DNA from: a virus
Taxonomy: Duplodnaviria > Caudoviricetes
Strand: one strand, 5' to 3'
IMG/VR virus record: IMGVR_UViG_3300009194_000029
Location: 1-34,705 of that record
DNA length: 34,705 nt
Part shown: positions 25,828-34,705 of the stretch, one piece after another
How positions within the stretch are numbered: the first letter of the stretch is position 1
How the letters are laid out: each line of letters starts with the position of its first letter
Notes under the pieces: generated by a model
What the model was told of the DNA's origin: nothing
The model's database searches: none
What the model saw: the letters and a program-made list of their open reading frames with translations, nothing else
Made by a program: the position numbers and the translations under genes

Positions 25828-25901
25828 TCAGAGTAAACACCAGGGCCTGACCCGGCCCTATACATTCACTACACACACAACGACCCGAGAGGAGAACGAA
25901 C

Positions 25902-26852
25902 ATGCCAGAAGTAAGCGGACAGAATGAGAAATTCCTACAAAAAGAATTCGTGGTCCCTAAAGTTTTTGAGATCATGAACCCGTACCTGGCCTTTTTACCA
26001 ATGGTGGAGAAGGTCAAGGCAGACAGCCGTGCGGTTCAGTACAAGAAAGAGGAGTACAGCGACAGCACCGACCCGAAGAAGGAGAAGCCAAGGAAACGCA
26101 CCGCAGGATCCGACTGGACCTACGTCGACATCAGCCAGATGAGCATCGACAGCGCCCTCCTGCAAAAAACAGGCTTCGCGGTCAGAATCGACGAGGACGC
26201 AATCGACAGCGTCCAAGGTGTGGACGAAATAAAAAGAGCGTTCAGGAAAACAGGGTTCTGGCTGGCGGAGGACTTCAACACCAAGATGGGGGCACAGATA
26301 ACGAACGACGCCACCACACCATCATGGACCCCAGAGTATGAATGGAGCGCAGATGAAGCCACCCCCGTGGAGGACCTGCGCAAACTGAAGTACGAAATGA
26401 AGCGCGAGGGCTACCCATACCGCCTCACGGACACCTTCGTAAACATGGACAACATGGAGGAGCTCGAAGGCTATCTGGTAGGCCTCGACGTTCCAGACGG
26501 CAAGCAGAACGCCGCCTACGGCAAACCCGTGATCAACCCCGACGACACAATCGACATCCCCGTCTCTGGTAGGGTACACGGCCTGCAGAGCGGCATCGAC
26601 GAAGGCGACATCCTGGCCATGGACCGCAACAACCCAGGAGCTACCCTGTTCTACAACAACAGCTCCAGGTATGCAACCAAGACCATCAGGTACAGAGGCA
26701 GCGACGGAAAATGGAAGGAAATCGACAACTTCGGGTTTAACTTCCATAAATACACCGACCCAGAAAGTCACGACGTCATCATGCAATTCTGGATGGACAC
26801 CGTGACCGTTGTCAAAGAGCCATATTCCATCCTGCACAAGAGCGGCATTTAA
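25902..26852 (+). CDS. Major capsid protein (HK97-fold, putative)
   Basis: 316 aa at the canonical position; W....ATPVEDL motif; followed by a terminator. Confidence 0.75.
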   Translation: MPEVSGQNEKFLQKEFVVPKVFEIMNPYLAFLPMVEKVKADSRAVQYKKEEYSDSTDPKKEKPRKRTAGSDWTYVDISQMSIDSALLQKTGFAVRIDEDAIDSVQGVDEIKRAFRKTGFWLAEDFNTKMGAQITNDATTPSWTPEYEWSADEATPVEDLRKLKYEMKREGYPYRLTDTFVNMDNMEELEGYLVGLDVPDGKQNAAYGKPVINPDDTIDIPVSGRVHGLQSGIDEGDILAMDRNNPGATLFYNNSSRYATKTIRYRGSDGKWKEIDNFGFNFHKYTDPESHDVIMQFWMDTVTVVKEPYSILHKSGI

Positions 26853-26869
26853 GCCGCTCCTGTTTTTTT
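26840..26869 (+). terminator. Hairpin plus T7 terminator after the capsid gene
   Basis: GAGCGGC-ATTTAA-GCCGCTC followed by TGTTTTTTT. Confidence 0.75.
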
Positions 26870-26883
26870 GAGGAGGCACACAA

Positions 26884-27351
26884 ATGACAGAATACACACC
26901 CAAGACCACCATGGAATGGAGGCTCCAGAAGGGGACCCAGGCCAAGAAACTGGCCGCGGAATTCGCCAAGATCGACGGTCACACCGTGAAGGTCGCAAAG
27001 GTACCCGTGACAGGAGGAGGCGCGGACGATATCGCAATCGCCTGGCTCAACCCAGTCAGCGCCGCGGTTATTGTGACACGGGTAGTGGTTGACATAACCA
27101 CCGCCGGAGGCACCTCATCATCCGTCCTGGACATAGGCACCGCAGCCGACGCGGACACCGGCTCCGACAACCTAATCGACGGAGCAAACGCAAACGCGGT
27201 CGCGGTATACGACAACGTGGACGACCAGGGGACCAACGGCACCGCGAAACAGAAGGTACCCGCCGGAGAATATGTCACCGGGCAGATAAAGGCCGCTGCA
27301 GCCCAGGACCTCGCAGGGACCGCCTACGTTTGCTATATACCGGTACCATGA
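26884..27351 (+). CDS. Virion structural protein (head-associated, putative)
   Basis: 155 aa, beta-rich, after the capsid gene; GGAGG upstream. Confidence 0.6.
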   Translation: MTEYTPKTTMEWRLQKGTQAKKLAAEFAKIDGHTVKVAKVPVTGGGADDIAIAWLNPVSAAVIVTRVVVDITTAGGTSSSVLDIGTAADADTGSDNLIDGANANAVAVYDNVDDQGTNGTAKQKVPAGEYVTGQIKAAAAQDLAGTAYVCYIPVP

Positions 27352-27362
27352 GGTGACCCGGT

Positions 27363-27500
27363 ATGGCGAACTACACCGTGACGATATACAAGAGCGCAGG
27401 TGACCTCGCTGCAGCAATAGAGGCCATCGACAACACAACCACCATCCAGGTGGTCCCGTTCATGCAGGCGGGCAAGCAGAAGTACATGCTGATACAGTGA
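27363..27500 (+). CDS. Small hypothetical protein (45 aa)
   Basis: GAGGTGA upstream; MANYTVTIYKSAGDLAAAIEAID... Confidence 0.6.
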   Translation: MANYTVTIYKSAGDLAAAIEAIDNTTTIQVVPFMQAGKQKYMLIQ

Positions 27501-27506
27501 GGAACA

Positions 27507-27932
27507 ATGACCGTGGACGAAACGGACATCGCCGCATATACACCGTTTGAGGTATCCGACTCTGGTCCATTCACGACAGCGATATTTAACAAATACAAGG
27601 CACTCACCCAGAACCAGCTGGACCGGGACGACCCAGGGCTACCCGCGGAGGAATACGACCACGCGCACGTCATGCTAATAGCCCACACATGGGTAGCAAG
27701 GGACGGGAAACTCGACCTGACACAAGAGAAAATAAAGGATTATTGGTACAACAAAAATGAGGGACAGACCTCGTTTATAATTCAATACCAGCAACTCATT
27801 GACAGGTACACACGCAGCGCGGCAGCACAGCCCACAGAGGGCATCGTCCACACCGACGCGACCATGATCCCACCCATGGACGGAGCCGACGTGGCGGGCC
27901 TTTACGACCCCGAAGACATGGAGGGCGAATGA
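27507..27932 (+). CDS. Head-tail adaptor (putative)
   Basis: 141 aa; A..MLIAH...EKIKDYWY...TSF...Y.QLI pattern and position. Confidence 0.55.
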   Translation: MTVDETDIAAYTPFEVSDSGPFTTAIFNKYKALTQNQLDRDDPGLPAEEYDHAHVMLIAHTWVARDGKLDLTQEKIKDYWYNKNEGQTSFIIQYQQLIDRYTRSAAAQPTEGIVHTDATMIPPMDGADVAGLYDPEDMEGE

Positions 27933-28168
27933 CCGAATGGAAAGAGACCCCGGTGACCCAGCGGCAATGCCACGAACGGCGCGACAGCTTGTGTACACGG
28001 TTTGAGAATACAATCGACCACCTCCAGGAAGAACAGACCGACCTAAAGGAATGGCTGATCAGGGTAGAAGGCCGGCTCGGGGACCAGGTAAAATGGATGG
28101 CGGCGGTAGTGGTGGAGCTACTGCTGGCCATAATCGGCCTCCTGGCAACACTAACGGGGAAAATATGA
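27929..28168 (+). CDS. Coiled-coil plus C-terminal transmembrane protein (holin/XhlA-like, putative)
   Basis: KWMAAVVVELLLAIIGLLATL hydrophobic helix. Confidence 0.55.
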   Translation: MTEWKETPVTQRQCHERRDSLCTRFENTIDHLQEEQTDLKEWLIRVEGRLGDQVKWMAAVVVELLLAIIGLLATLTGKI

Positions 28169-28473
28169 GCATCCGGCACCTCCTAACAGAGACGATAACA
28201 ACCAGGTCCCAGACGGGCTACGACGGCAACGGACAGCCCACCTACAGCACCCCGGTGACACATCCCGCTCGGGTATTCGACCGCGTGAAATCGATCGAGG
28301 ACACCGACCGGAGGCAGATAATCAGCATGGCCCAGATCGTACTGGACGGAGACGCGCAGATCGCCCCAGAGGACCAGGTCACCCTACCAAACGGGACCCG
28401 GGTCCTTGTAATCAGGGTGGCACGCCACCGAGACCGCTACGGAACCACCACGTACACCGAGGTGTTCATTTAA
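28165..28473 (+). CDS. Head-closure (stopper) protein (putative)
   Basis: D.NGQPTY......PAR...I.PED.VTLP.G; position in the neck module. Confidence 0.6.
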   Translation: MSIRHLLTETITTRSQTGYDGNGQPTYSTPVTHPARVFDRVKSIEDTDRRQIISMAQIVLDGDAQIAPEDQVTLPNGTRVLVIRVARHRDRYGTTTYTEVFI

Positions 28474-28841
28474 TGGCGCGACCGTTCAGAATCAGGGGCG
28501 TAAAAAAGGTCATGGCCAACATGGACAAGACCGCGAAAAAAATCGACAGCAAAACCGAGAAAGCCATCACGGACGTTGCCAACGACATCCTGAAGGACGC
28601 CATGATCGACTGCCCGGTAGAAACCGGCCAGTTACGCCGCAGCGGCACCGTGGAAAACCCGAAGACCAACAGGGCCAGCATAACCGTAGAAATCGGGTTC
28701 CATACAAAATATGCCCTATACGTACACGAGGACCAGAACGCACATCACACCACGGGAAAAGCGAAATTCCTGGAGGATAACGTGAACGCGGCCCTCCCGA
28801 CCCTGGCAAATAAAATAAAGAGCAACATGGGGAGATTTTAA
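28473..28841 (+). CDS. HK97 gp10-like tail-completion protein
   Basis: CPVETGQLRRS...YALYVHE...KAKFLE. Confidence 0.8.
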   Translation: MARPFRIRGVKKVMANMDKTAKKIDSKTEKAITDVANDILKDAMIDCPVETGQLRRSGTVENPKTNRASITVEIGFHTKYALYVHEDQNAHHTTGKAKFLEDNVNAALPTLANKIKSNMGRF

Positions 28842-29230
28842 TGGGCTTCCTGGACGACATAGCAACGTACCTGGAAGACACGGGACACGGGAGCCGCGGC
28901 ACGAATATGTTTATCGGGTTCCGGCCACCCAAGCCAGACAGCGCCGTGACGTTGTACGAATACGCGGGTATCCCACCACAGACCCTCGTGGAGGCAGAGC
29001 GCCCTGGTTTGCAGATCACCGTACGGACCACAAAGGGAACAAACGACTACCAGACCGGGAAAGCAACAACCAAGGCCATCACAGACGAACTACACGACAC
29101 AAAAAACATCCTGATAAACGGCACACGATACACCCACATCGTAGCCAGACAAAGCCCGTTTCCAATGGGACGGGACGAGTCCGGCCGCCCCATATTCGCG
29201 GTAAATTTCGACGTAAAGAAAGACAGATAA
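28841..29230 (+). CDS. Tail terminator / minor structural protein
   Basis: P.LQITVR...G.DESGRP.F.VNF. Confidence 0.7.
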   Translation: MGFLDDIATYLEDTGHGSRGTNMFIGFRPPKPDSAVTLYEYAGIPPQTLVEAERPGLQITVRTTKGTNDYQTGKATTKAITDELHDTKNILINGTRYTHIVARQSPFPMGRDESGRPIFAVNFDVKKDR

Positions 29231-29249
29231 ACGACACGGAGGCACAGAA

Positions 29250-29960
29250 ATGACAGTAACAGGAAGCGACGTCCCACAGGGACAAGAGGTCCGCTGGTAC
29301 GCCGGCGGAGAACAGACAAGCGAGACCATCACGGTAGACACCACCAGCGCAAGCGACGGGTACATCACCCTGATCGAAACAGCGGAGTACGGCTCCGTAA
29401 TAATCAGAGTAAACGGCGAAGTCACCGAATGCGAAGAACTGCAGGCAGACGGGACCACCGCCGCAACCGAGACAGACGGTACTGAAACCGTCTCGTATAC
29501 CGGAATAGCAGAAAGCGACGTGGTGGAGGCATACTACCTGGCAATCGGGACAACCCCTCTCGTACAGGTTGCAGCCTGCACCGACGTAAAGACCACGATC
29601 ACCGCCGACACAAAGTCCGCATCCGTACACGGCCAGAGCAACAAGCTCAAGAGCGTAGGAGCAATCGAGCAGGACGCAGAGCTCGAAGAATTCCATTACA
29701 ACCAGGACTTTATATCAAAATGCCTTGGAGACCAGGTCACCGGGACCGCCATGACCAAACTGACCACCAGGTACAGCGGTATGAAGAAGATCGGCTGCAT
29801 GGTAGGCAAACGCCGCAACTCCGACGGAGAAATAACATATAAATGGTTCATGTACGGCGCGCAGATAACCGAAGTGGGGAAGGAATTCCCAACAGAGGAC
29901 TTTTACAAGGACAGCATGAAGATCGCCCTGGACGACTACCTCGAGGTGGACCTCACATGA
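29250..29960 (+). CDS. Major tail tube protein (putative)
   Basis: 236 aa, acidic and Thr-rich, between the terminator and chaperone genes. Confidence 0.65.
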   Translation: MTVTGSDVPQGQEVRWYAGGEQTSETITVDTTSASDGYITLIETAEYGSVIIRVNGEVTECEELQADGTTAATETDGTETVSYTGIAESDVVEAYYLAIGTTPLVQVAACTDVKTTITADTKSASVHGQSNKLKSVGAIEQDAELEEFHYNQDFISKCLGDQVTGTAMTKLTTRYSGMKKIGCMVGKRRNSDGEITYKWFMYGAQITEVGKEFPTEDFYKDSMKIALDDYLEVDLT

Positions 29961-30418
29961 GCACCGGACAAAAAGAAGACCCAGAGCTAATCACCAGAGC
30001 AAACGCGAAACACCAGGAGATCCTGCAGAAGAACAAGGAAAATCTGACCATCGCAGAACGCCTCACCAGGAGAGCCCTCACCAAGACGATCCCCGTCCCA
30101 TTCGACATGGAGGGGGAACAATTCGAGATAGAAATCCGTGTGCCCTTTAGAGAAACCATGGACAAAATCCTGGACCTGCAGATCGGGATCCAGAACGCAG
30201 CAGAAGAAGGCAACGTGGCCACCGTCCGTGAATATAGCAAATCCCTGCAGCACGAGATCGCGGCACTTTGCACCGACGACAGCATAACCCCAGAATTCCT
30301 GGACAGCGGAGCATTCCTGGCGTCCGATTTTGGAAAACTGGTAAGCGCGATAATGTACGAGGAGCAGAGGCAGGTGGAGGCAAACAACAGCGCCGCCTCC
30401 TTTCGGCCAGAGCGATGA
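29957..30418 (+). CDS. Tail assembly chaperone (gpG-like)
   Basis: Upstream of the tape measure gene; ends with TCC-TTT-CGG four codons before the stop. Confidence 0.7.
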   Translation: MSTGQKEDPELITRANAKHQEILQKNKENLTIAERLTRRALTKTIPVPFDMEGEQFEIEIRVPFRETMDKILDLQIGIQNAAEEGNVATVREYSKSLQHEIAALCTDDSITPEFLDSGAFLASDFGKLVSAIMYEEQRQVEANNSAASFRPER

Positions 30419-30560
30419 AGGACAGGGCTTATTTCAATTGTGCATGAGCCTGGGCAAATTACCGCACGAAATAAAGGAATGTTCCGACTTTGAATATTTC
30501 TTTATAACGGCGGCCTGGGGCGAATACATCAAACGCACGAACAAAGAGCGATCAAAATAA
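30402..30560 (+). CDS. Frameshift extension of the tail assembly chaperone (gpT-like, +1 frame)
   Basis: +1 frame is open from TTC 30402 to TAA 30560: GQSDEGQGLFQLCMSLGKLPHEIKECSDFEYFFITAAWGEY... Confidence 0.7.
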   Translation, partial: FGQSDEGQGLFQLCMSLGKLPHEIKECSDFEYFFITAAWGEYIKRTNKERSK

Positions 30561-30581
30561 AGAAACCCACGGAGGCACCCA

Positions 30582-32939
30582 ATGACAAATCTGGGCGAGA
30601 TAACAGCCCAACTCGGGATCCACAGCAACATCAAGGGCGACATGGCCCGAGCGCAGATGCAGCTACGCAGCGGCGTAAACCGCATGGATACAAGCACCAG
30701 GCAGTCCATGGCCAAGATGGCCGGAGCGCTATCCATGGCCGGCGTAGCAGCAGGCGGAGCATTGGCCGTGGGCGTAGGGATTGCCACAAAAAAATTTGTG
30801 GGGTTTGAGAAGACCGTCGCCAGCGCAGCCAGCGTCACCGGTGCAACAGGGGAAGCATTCGAAAAAGCGAAACAGAATATCGCAGCGGTCAGCAAGGAAC
30901 TCGGCTCATCTACCACGTTTAAGGCCACCGAGGCCGCAAACGCCATGTACGACCTGGCCAGCAGCGGCTACGACGTAGCGAACATGACGAAGGACCAGCT
31001 GCAACCAATCCTCGACGTTGCAGCCGGGACCCAGAGCGACCTCGCAGGCACAACGGAGATCATGACCAGCACGCTCGGGCAGTTTAATCTGACCATGGAC
31101 GACAGCGAGCGGGTAGCTGACGTATTCGCCCGGACAATAGGAAGCAGCAAGGCAACGATAGATAAACTCGGTACATCAATGAGCTACGTCGGCCCCGTGG
31201 CGGCCAGCATGGGCATGGACATCGAGGAGACCAGCGGAGCCCTGGGCGTCCTTTACAACAGCGGCCTGGATGGCAGCATGGCCGGGACAGCCCTACGAGG
31301 TGCGCTATCGAAACTTGCAAACCCGACCGGAGCAGCAGCCAGCCGCCTGGAAGATTTGGGGATATCCCTGGACCAGGTAAATCCGGAGACAAACGATTTT
31401 AAAGACATTTTACAGCTACTCTCCGACGCAGGGATGAGCAGCGCAGACGCAATGGAAATATTCGGCCAGCGCGCAGGACCGGCAATGTTGACCCTCACCG
31501 ACAAAGCCAGCGACGTCAAGGACATGACCTCGACATTGAACGACGCAGGGGGTGCGGCGGGAACCATGGCAGAACAAAACCTCGACACCCTCTCGGGCAG
31601 CCTGGACCTGCTCGGTTCAGCATTCGAGGGGGTAATGCTCGAGGTAGGAGGAGCAGCAGCGCCAGCCATCCGGGGGTTTGCAGACCTCCTGACGGCCAGC
31701 ATCCCCACCCTCCAGAAATTCGTGGACAGCGGGATCGGTTTTTTTAAAGAATTGGGCACCGCACTCGCCCCCACGTTTGAGAATATAAAAGATATAGTCG
31801 GCAGCCTCGCGGGCATTTTCGGGGACCTGTTCGGAGGCATGGAAGACGGCAGCCCCATAATAGACATCATAGCAGGCGGCATGGAAGCCCTGACAGGGGC
31901 ACTCGCGGCCGTCCTGGGGTTCTTCGATGAACACCCGACAATTACCAAATTCATCGTGATCATAGCAGGACTGGCCGTAGGCCTTGCAGCCCTACCGTTG
32001 ATAATAGAAGGAATAGTCGTCGGATTGTTCGGGTTGGTAGGAGCAGTATCGGGTTTTATTGGAGCGGTCACCAGCGGAGCCAGCCTCCTGGCGACCATCG
32101 TAGGTATCCTGGGCGGACCGATAACGATAATAATCGCACTTGTGGCAGCTCTCGCCCTGGCATGGGCGACGAATTGGGGTGGCATAAGGGAGAAGACCTG
32201 GGCGGCCGTGGATTTCATAGTGGGAATATTTACCGGTTTTGTAAACTTCCTGAAGGATACCATAACCAGCGCAGGAGACAAGCTCCTCCTGTTCTTGGGA
32301 CCCATAGGGGCCATAATATACGCATTTAAAAACTGGGACAAGATATCGGAACATATCACCGACGCCCTGACATCGGCCAAGGACATCCTGACAGGATACA
32401 TCGACACATTCAAAGAAGCAGGTCGGGCAATGATAGGCGGCCTGGCATCAGGAATCACGGACAGGTTCAGGGGATTGTACGACACCGTACGCAGCGGAGC
32501 GGATAAAATACGCAGGCTCCTGCCGAGCAGCCCGGCAAAAGAGGGTCCGTTTAAAAAGATACCACAGTGGGACACCGTGATCACCGACCCCCTGCGCACC
32601 ACCGTGGCCAAGGTCTCCGGCATAACCCCAGACATAGCCAGGTCCCTGGCAGACATCCGGAAACCAATCGACGATGCCGCCAGGCAGCCAGGCACCGGAG
32701 GAACCGCGGTCGGGTCCTTTACAGGCCACGTCCCTGCCATAGGTCCAAACCAGGGGCCCGGAGCGGCGGAGCGGGCCATGTTCAAAGACATCCTCAACGC
32801 CCTCCAGAACCCGGGCAACCAGGGGGACATTAACATCAAGGACGTGAAACTCGACAGCGCCTACAACTTCGAGCAATTGATGCGAGACATAGACCAATAT
32901 AATAAACACCGCAGAATCCGCAGAGGAGTACGCACATGA
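30582..32939 (+). CDS. Tail tape measure protein (TP901-family core)
   Basis: FKATEAANAM..LA..G, GSMAGTALR, IFGQRA, L.GSL..L.SA; hydrophobic middle and W-periodic region. Confidence 0.92.
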   Translation: MTNLGEITAQLGIHSNIKGDMARAQMQLRSGVNRMDTSTRQSMAKMAGALSMAGVAAGGALAVGVGIATKKFVGFEKTVASAASVTGATGEAFEKAKQNIAAVSKELGSSTTFKATEAANAMYDLASSGYDVANMTKDQLQPILDVAAGTQSDLAGTTEIMTSTLGQFNLTMDDSERVADVFARTIGSSKATIDKLGTSMSYVGPVAASMGMDIEETSGALGVLYNSGLDGSMAGTALRGALSKLANPTGAAASRLEDLGISLDQVNPETNDFKDILQLLSDAGMSSADAMEIFGQRAGPAMLTLTDKASDVKDMTSTLNDAGGAAGTMAEQNLDTLSGSLDLLGSAFEGVMLEVGGAAAPAIRGFADLLTASIPTLQKFVDSGIGFFKELGTALAPTFENIKDIVGSLAGIFGDLFGGMEDGSPIIDIIAGGMEALTGALAAVLGFFDEHPTITKFIVIIAGLAVGLAALPLIIEGIVVGLFGLVGAVSGFIGAVTSGASLLATIVGILGGPITIIIALVAALALAWATNWGGIREKTWAAVDFIVGIFTGFVNFLKDTITSAGDKLLLFLGPIGAIIYAFKNWDKISEHITDALTSAKDILTGYIDTFKEAGRAMIGGLASGITDRFRGLYDTVRSGADKIRRLLPSSPAKEGPFKKIPQWDTVITDPLRTTVAKVSGITPDIARSLADIRKPIDDAARQPGTGGTAVGSFTGHVPAIGPNQGPGAAERAMFKDILNALQNPGNQGDINIKDVKLDSAYNFEQLMRDIDQYNKHRRIRRGVRT

Positions 32940-33259
32940 GCGTGACATTCGACGGCATAGCCCTACAGAACCCGGAGTTATTCGAGGAAGGCTACGGCAT
33001 AGAGACCAACCAGACGACCCTACTGAACGGCAAGAGAACCGCACAAATCAGCACGGAGACGGCACTCGAGGTCTCTTTTACATGCAACACCGACGCAGAA
33101 CACCACGTCACCGACCTACGGGGCAAAATTGGCACATTCGGGGACCTGGTCGTGGACGGGACCACGTGGACCGGCTGCTACATTCACAAATTCAGCAAAC
33201 GCCACCTCGGCGGCGGAAATTTGGAATACACGGTAGAATTCAAACAAAAGACGACATAA
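32936..33259 (+). CDS. Distal tail (Dit-like) protein (putative)
   Basis: 107 aa immediately after the tape measure gene. Confidence 0.55.
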   Translation: MSVTFDGIALQNPELFEEGYGIETNQTTLLNGKRTAQISTETALEVSFTCNTDAEHHVTDLRGKIGTFGDLVVDGTTWTGCYIHKFSKRHLGGGNLEYTVEFKQKTT

Positions 33260-33270
33260 GGAGACGCACA

Positions 33271-33657
33271 ATGACAACAATCGTAAACGCCGCGCTGGAA
33301 GCACTACCAAAAATAGGTGCAGGCCTACCGGTGGACCCCTTCGAATATATGGCAATTGGCACAGGCACCACCGCAGAGCAGGAAACAGACACCGGTCTGG
33401 AATCAGAGATAACAACAGGCGGAGGAGAACGCAGCCAGGCAACCTGCAGTTATGAAAGTGGCAACCTCGCCGTTTTTACTCACGAGTTCACGTTTACAGC
33501 AGAATTAACGATCACAGAGGTGGGGATATTTAACGCCCTGAGCGGAGGCACCATGCTCCTGCGGCATGTTTACACCGAAGCAAAGGTAGTCAAGCCGGGC
33601 GAATCCCTGCAGATAACAATCAAGGTAAACTACGACAGACCAGAGGGGGCAACATAA
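33271..33657 (+). CDS. Baseplate / tail-fibre attachment protein
   Basis: YMAIGTG......DT.L..E...ITEVGIFN...GTML motif of tail-fibre N-terminal and baseplate proteins. Confidence 0.65.
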   Translation: MTTIVNAALEALPKIGAGLPVDPFEYMAIGTGTTAEQETDTGLESEITTGGGERSQATCSYESGNLAVFTHEFTFTAELTITEVGIFNALSGGTMLLRHVYTEAKVVKPGESLQITIKVNYDRPEGAT

Positions 33658-34705
33658 TGGTAATTGAAATAAGCACCCTGCAGCAGCTGCAGGACATGAA
33701 CAACAACCTCGCGGAGGACTACGTCCTCATTGCAGATATAGACGCCAGCAACACGAGCACCTGGAACAGCGGCGCAGGCTTCGAGCCGATAGGGACACCA
33801 GATGCGCCCTTTACGGGGACCTTCGACGGCCAGGAGCACACAATCACAGGCCTGACCATCGCCAGACCAAACACAGTGGCCGTCGGGCTGTTTGGGTACT
33901 CAGAGGGGGCGACAATAAAGAACGTCACCCTGGCAAGCGCAGACATAACAGTGGGGACAGACGGTGGTATTCTCATCGGATTCATAGATTCCGGGAGCAA
34001 TGTAACCAACTGCCATGTCACAGGGACGCTCACGAACGGGGGCGGCAATTACGACATCGGTGGCATTTGTGGCGGTACAAACGGATGCACCGTAACAGAA
34101 TGTACGGCGGACATAACCCTCAATGCAGAAGGAGGAGGAGGTGCCGGGGTGGTTATAGGGTATTGCTACGAGACCGAAATAACCCGGTGCGACGCCAAGG
34201 GAGCCCTTGCAGACGGCGGCCGGAGGACAGGCGGGCTGGCCGGGTATCCACGCGACTGTGTACTAAAAGAATGCACCGCAGACGTTAATATAACAGACAC
34301 GGTCGGCAATTTATCAGCGGCAGGGGGGCTAATAGGGTATATAGACGGATGCACCGTAACCGAATGCCATGCCCACGGCGACGTCGACAACCCGAGCGGA
34401 GACAAAACCGGCGGATTTTGTGGCGTCATGTGCTGTGAACCAGCCTTGGAACGTTGCTATTCAACCGGCGCCGTCACAAGCCCGAACCCCGATGCGGGGG
34501 GGTTTTGTGGGGCTTTAGATAGCGGAACCTGGTCCCAATGCTTCTGGGATACAGAAACATCCGGGATGAGCACCAGCGCCGCAGGATACGGAAGAACAAC
34601 AGCCGAAATGAAGGACAAATCATACTGGTACGGCTGGACATTGAAGGGCTGGGCATTAAGCAGCGCAATAAACAACGGGTATCCGTTTTTTGCAACTGGA
34701 TATAT
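33657..34705 (+). CDS. GLUG-repeat beta-helix tail adhesin / receptor-binding protein, N-terminal part (gene continues across the junction to 1669; about 864 aa in total)
   Basis: ATG at 33657 overlaps the upstream TAA; reads MVIEISTLQQLQDM..DIDAS..WNSGAGFEPIG..GTFDG..; the ATG at 34608 (= position 26) is in frame (951 nt, 317 codons). Confidence 0.85.
   Translation, partial: MVIEISTLQQLQDMNNNLAEDYVLIADIDASNTSTWNSGAGFEPIGTPDAPFTGTFDGQEHTITGLTIARPNTVAVGLFGYSEGATIKNVTLASADITVGTDGGILIGFIDSGSNVTNCHVTGTLTNGGGNYDIGGICGGTNGCTVTECTADITLNAEGGGGAGVVIGYCYETEITRCDAKGALADGGRRTGGLAGYPRDCVLKECTADVNITDTVGNLSAAGGLIGYIDGCTVTECHAHGDVDNPSGDKTGGFCGVMCCEPALERCYSTGAVTSPNPDAGGFCGALDSGTWSQCFWDTETSGMSTSAAGYGRTTAEMKDKSYWYGWTLKGWALSSAINNGYPFFATGY
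34583..34705. repeat. Terminal direct repeat (copy 2); circular contig overlap
   Basis: Identical to 1-123. Confidence 0.95.

Noticed and set aside
31253-32839. Long antisense ORFs (528 aa here, also 20159-21430 and many shorter ones)
   Set aside because: Shadows of well-supported plus-strand genes, expected from the T-poor codon bias of the coding strand
1-34705. Integrase/att site, tRNA (including tRNA-Pyl), pyl genes, family B DNA polymerase, tail sheath
   Set aside because: No recognisable motifs or cloverleaf seen by eye; tRNAscan/ARAGORN and HMM searches would be needed to exclude them formally

Overview
The window appears to be the complete, circularly permuted genome (about 34,582 bp; bases 1-123 repeat exactly at 34583-34705) of a small siphovirus-like tailed virus (Caudoviricetes). 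The host is probably an archaeon, likely a methanogen, inferred from BRE/TATA promoters, an ERCC4-type nuclease, GLUG-repeat adhesins and the lack of any recognisable endolysin. About 50 genes lie on the + strand and one (an RHH regulator) on the - strand. Modules: early cassette genes behind a four-copy conserved promoter, recombination (Bet/RecT, Gam-like, ERCC4, HNH), primase-polymerase/SF3 helicase, HAD, ParB-DNA methyltransferase, TerS/TerL, portal, MuF with two ADP-ribosyltransferase domains, protease/scaffold, HK97-type capsid, neck, tail tube, chaperone, tape measure, baseplate and GLUG adhesins. No integrase, tRNA, reverse transcriptase or CRISPR array was seen. Main leads: (1) a single in-frame TAG inside a conserved adhesin domain while no other called gene ends in TAG, suggesting pyrrolysine or amber readthrough; (2) a four-copy early promoter with internal operator-like boxes driving a set of paralogous unknown proteins; (3) an origin-like inverted-iteron element present three times; (4) a MuF carrying tandem ART domains; (5) a TCC-TTT-CGG +1 frameshift in the tail chaperone; (6) three adhesin modules with near-identical DNA flanks. 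All calls come from reading motifs by eye; no database searches were run.
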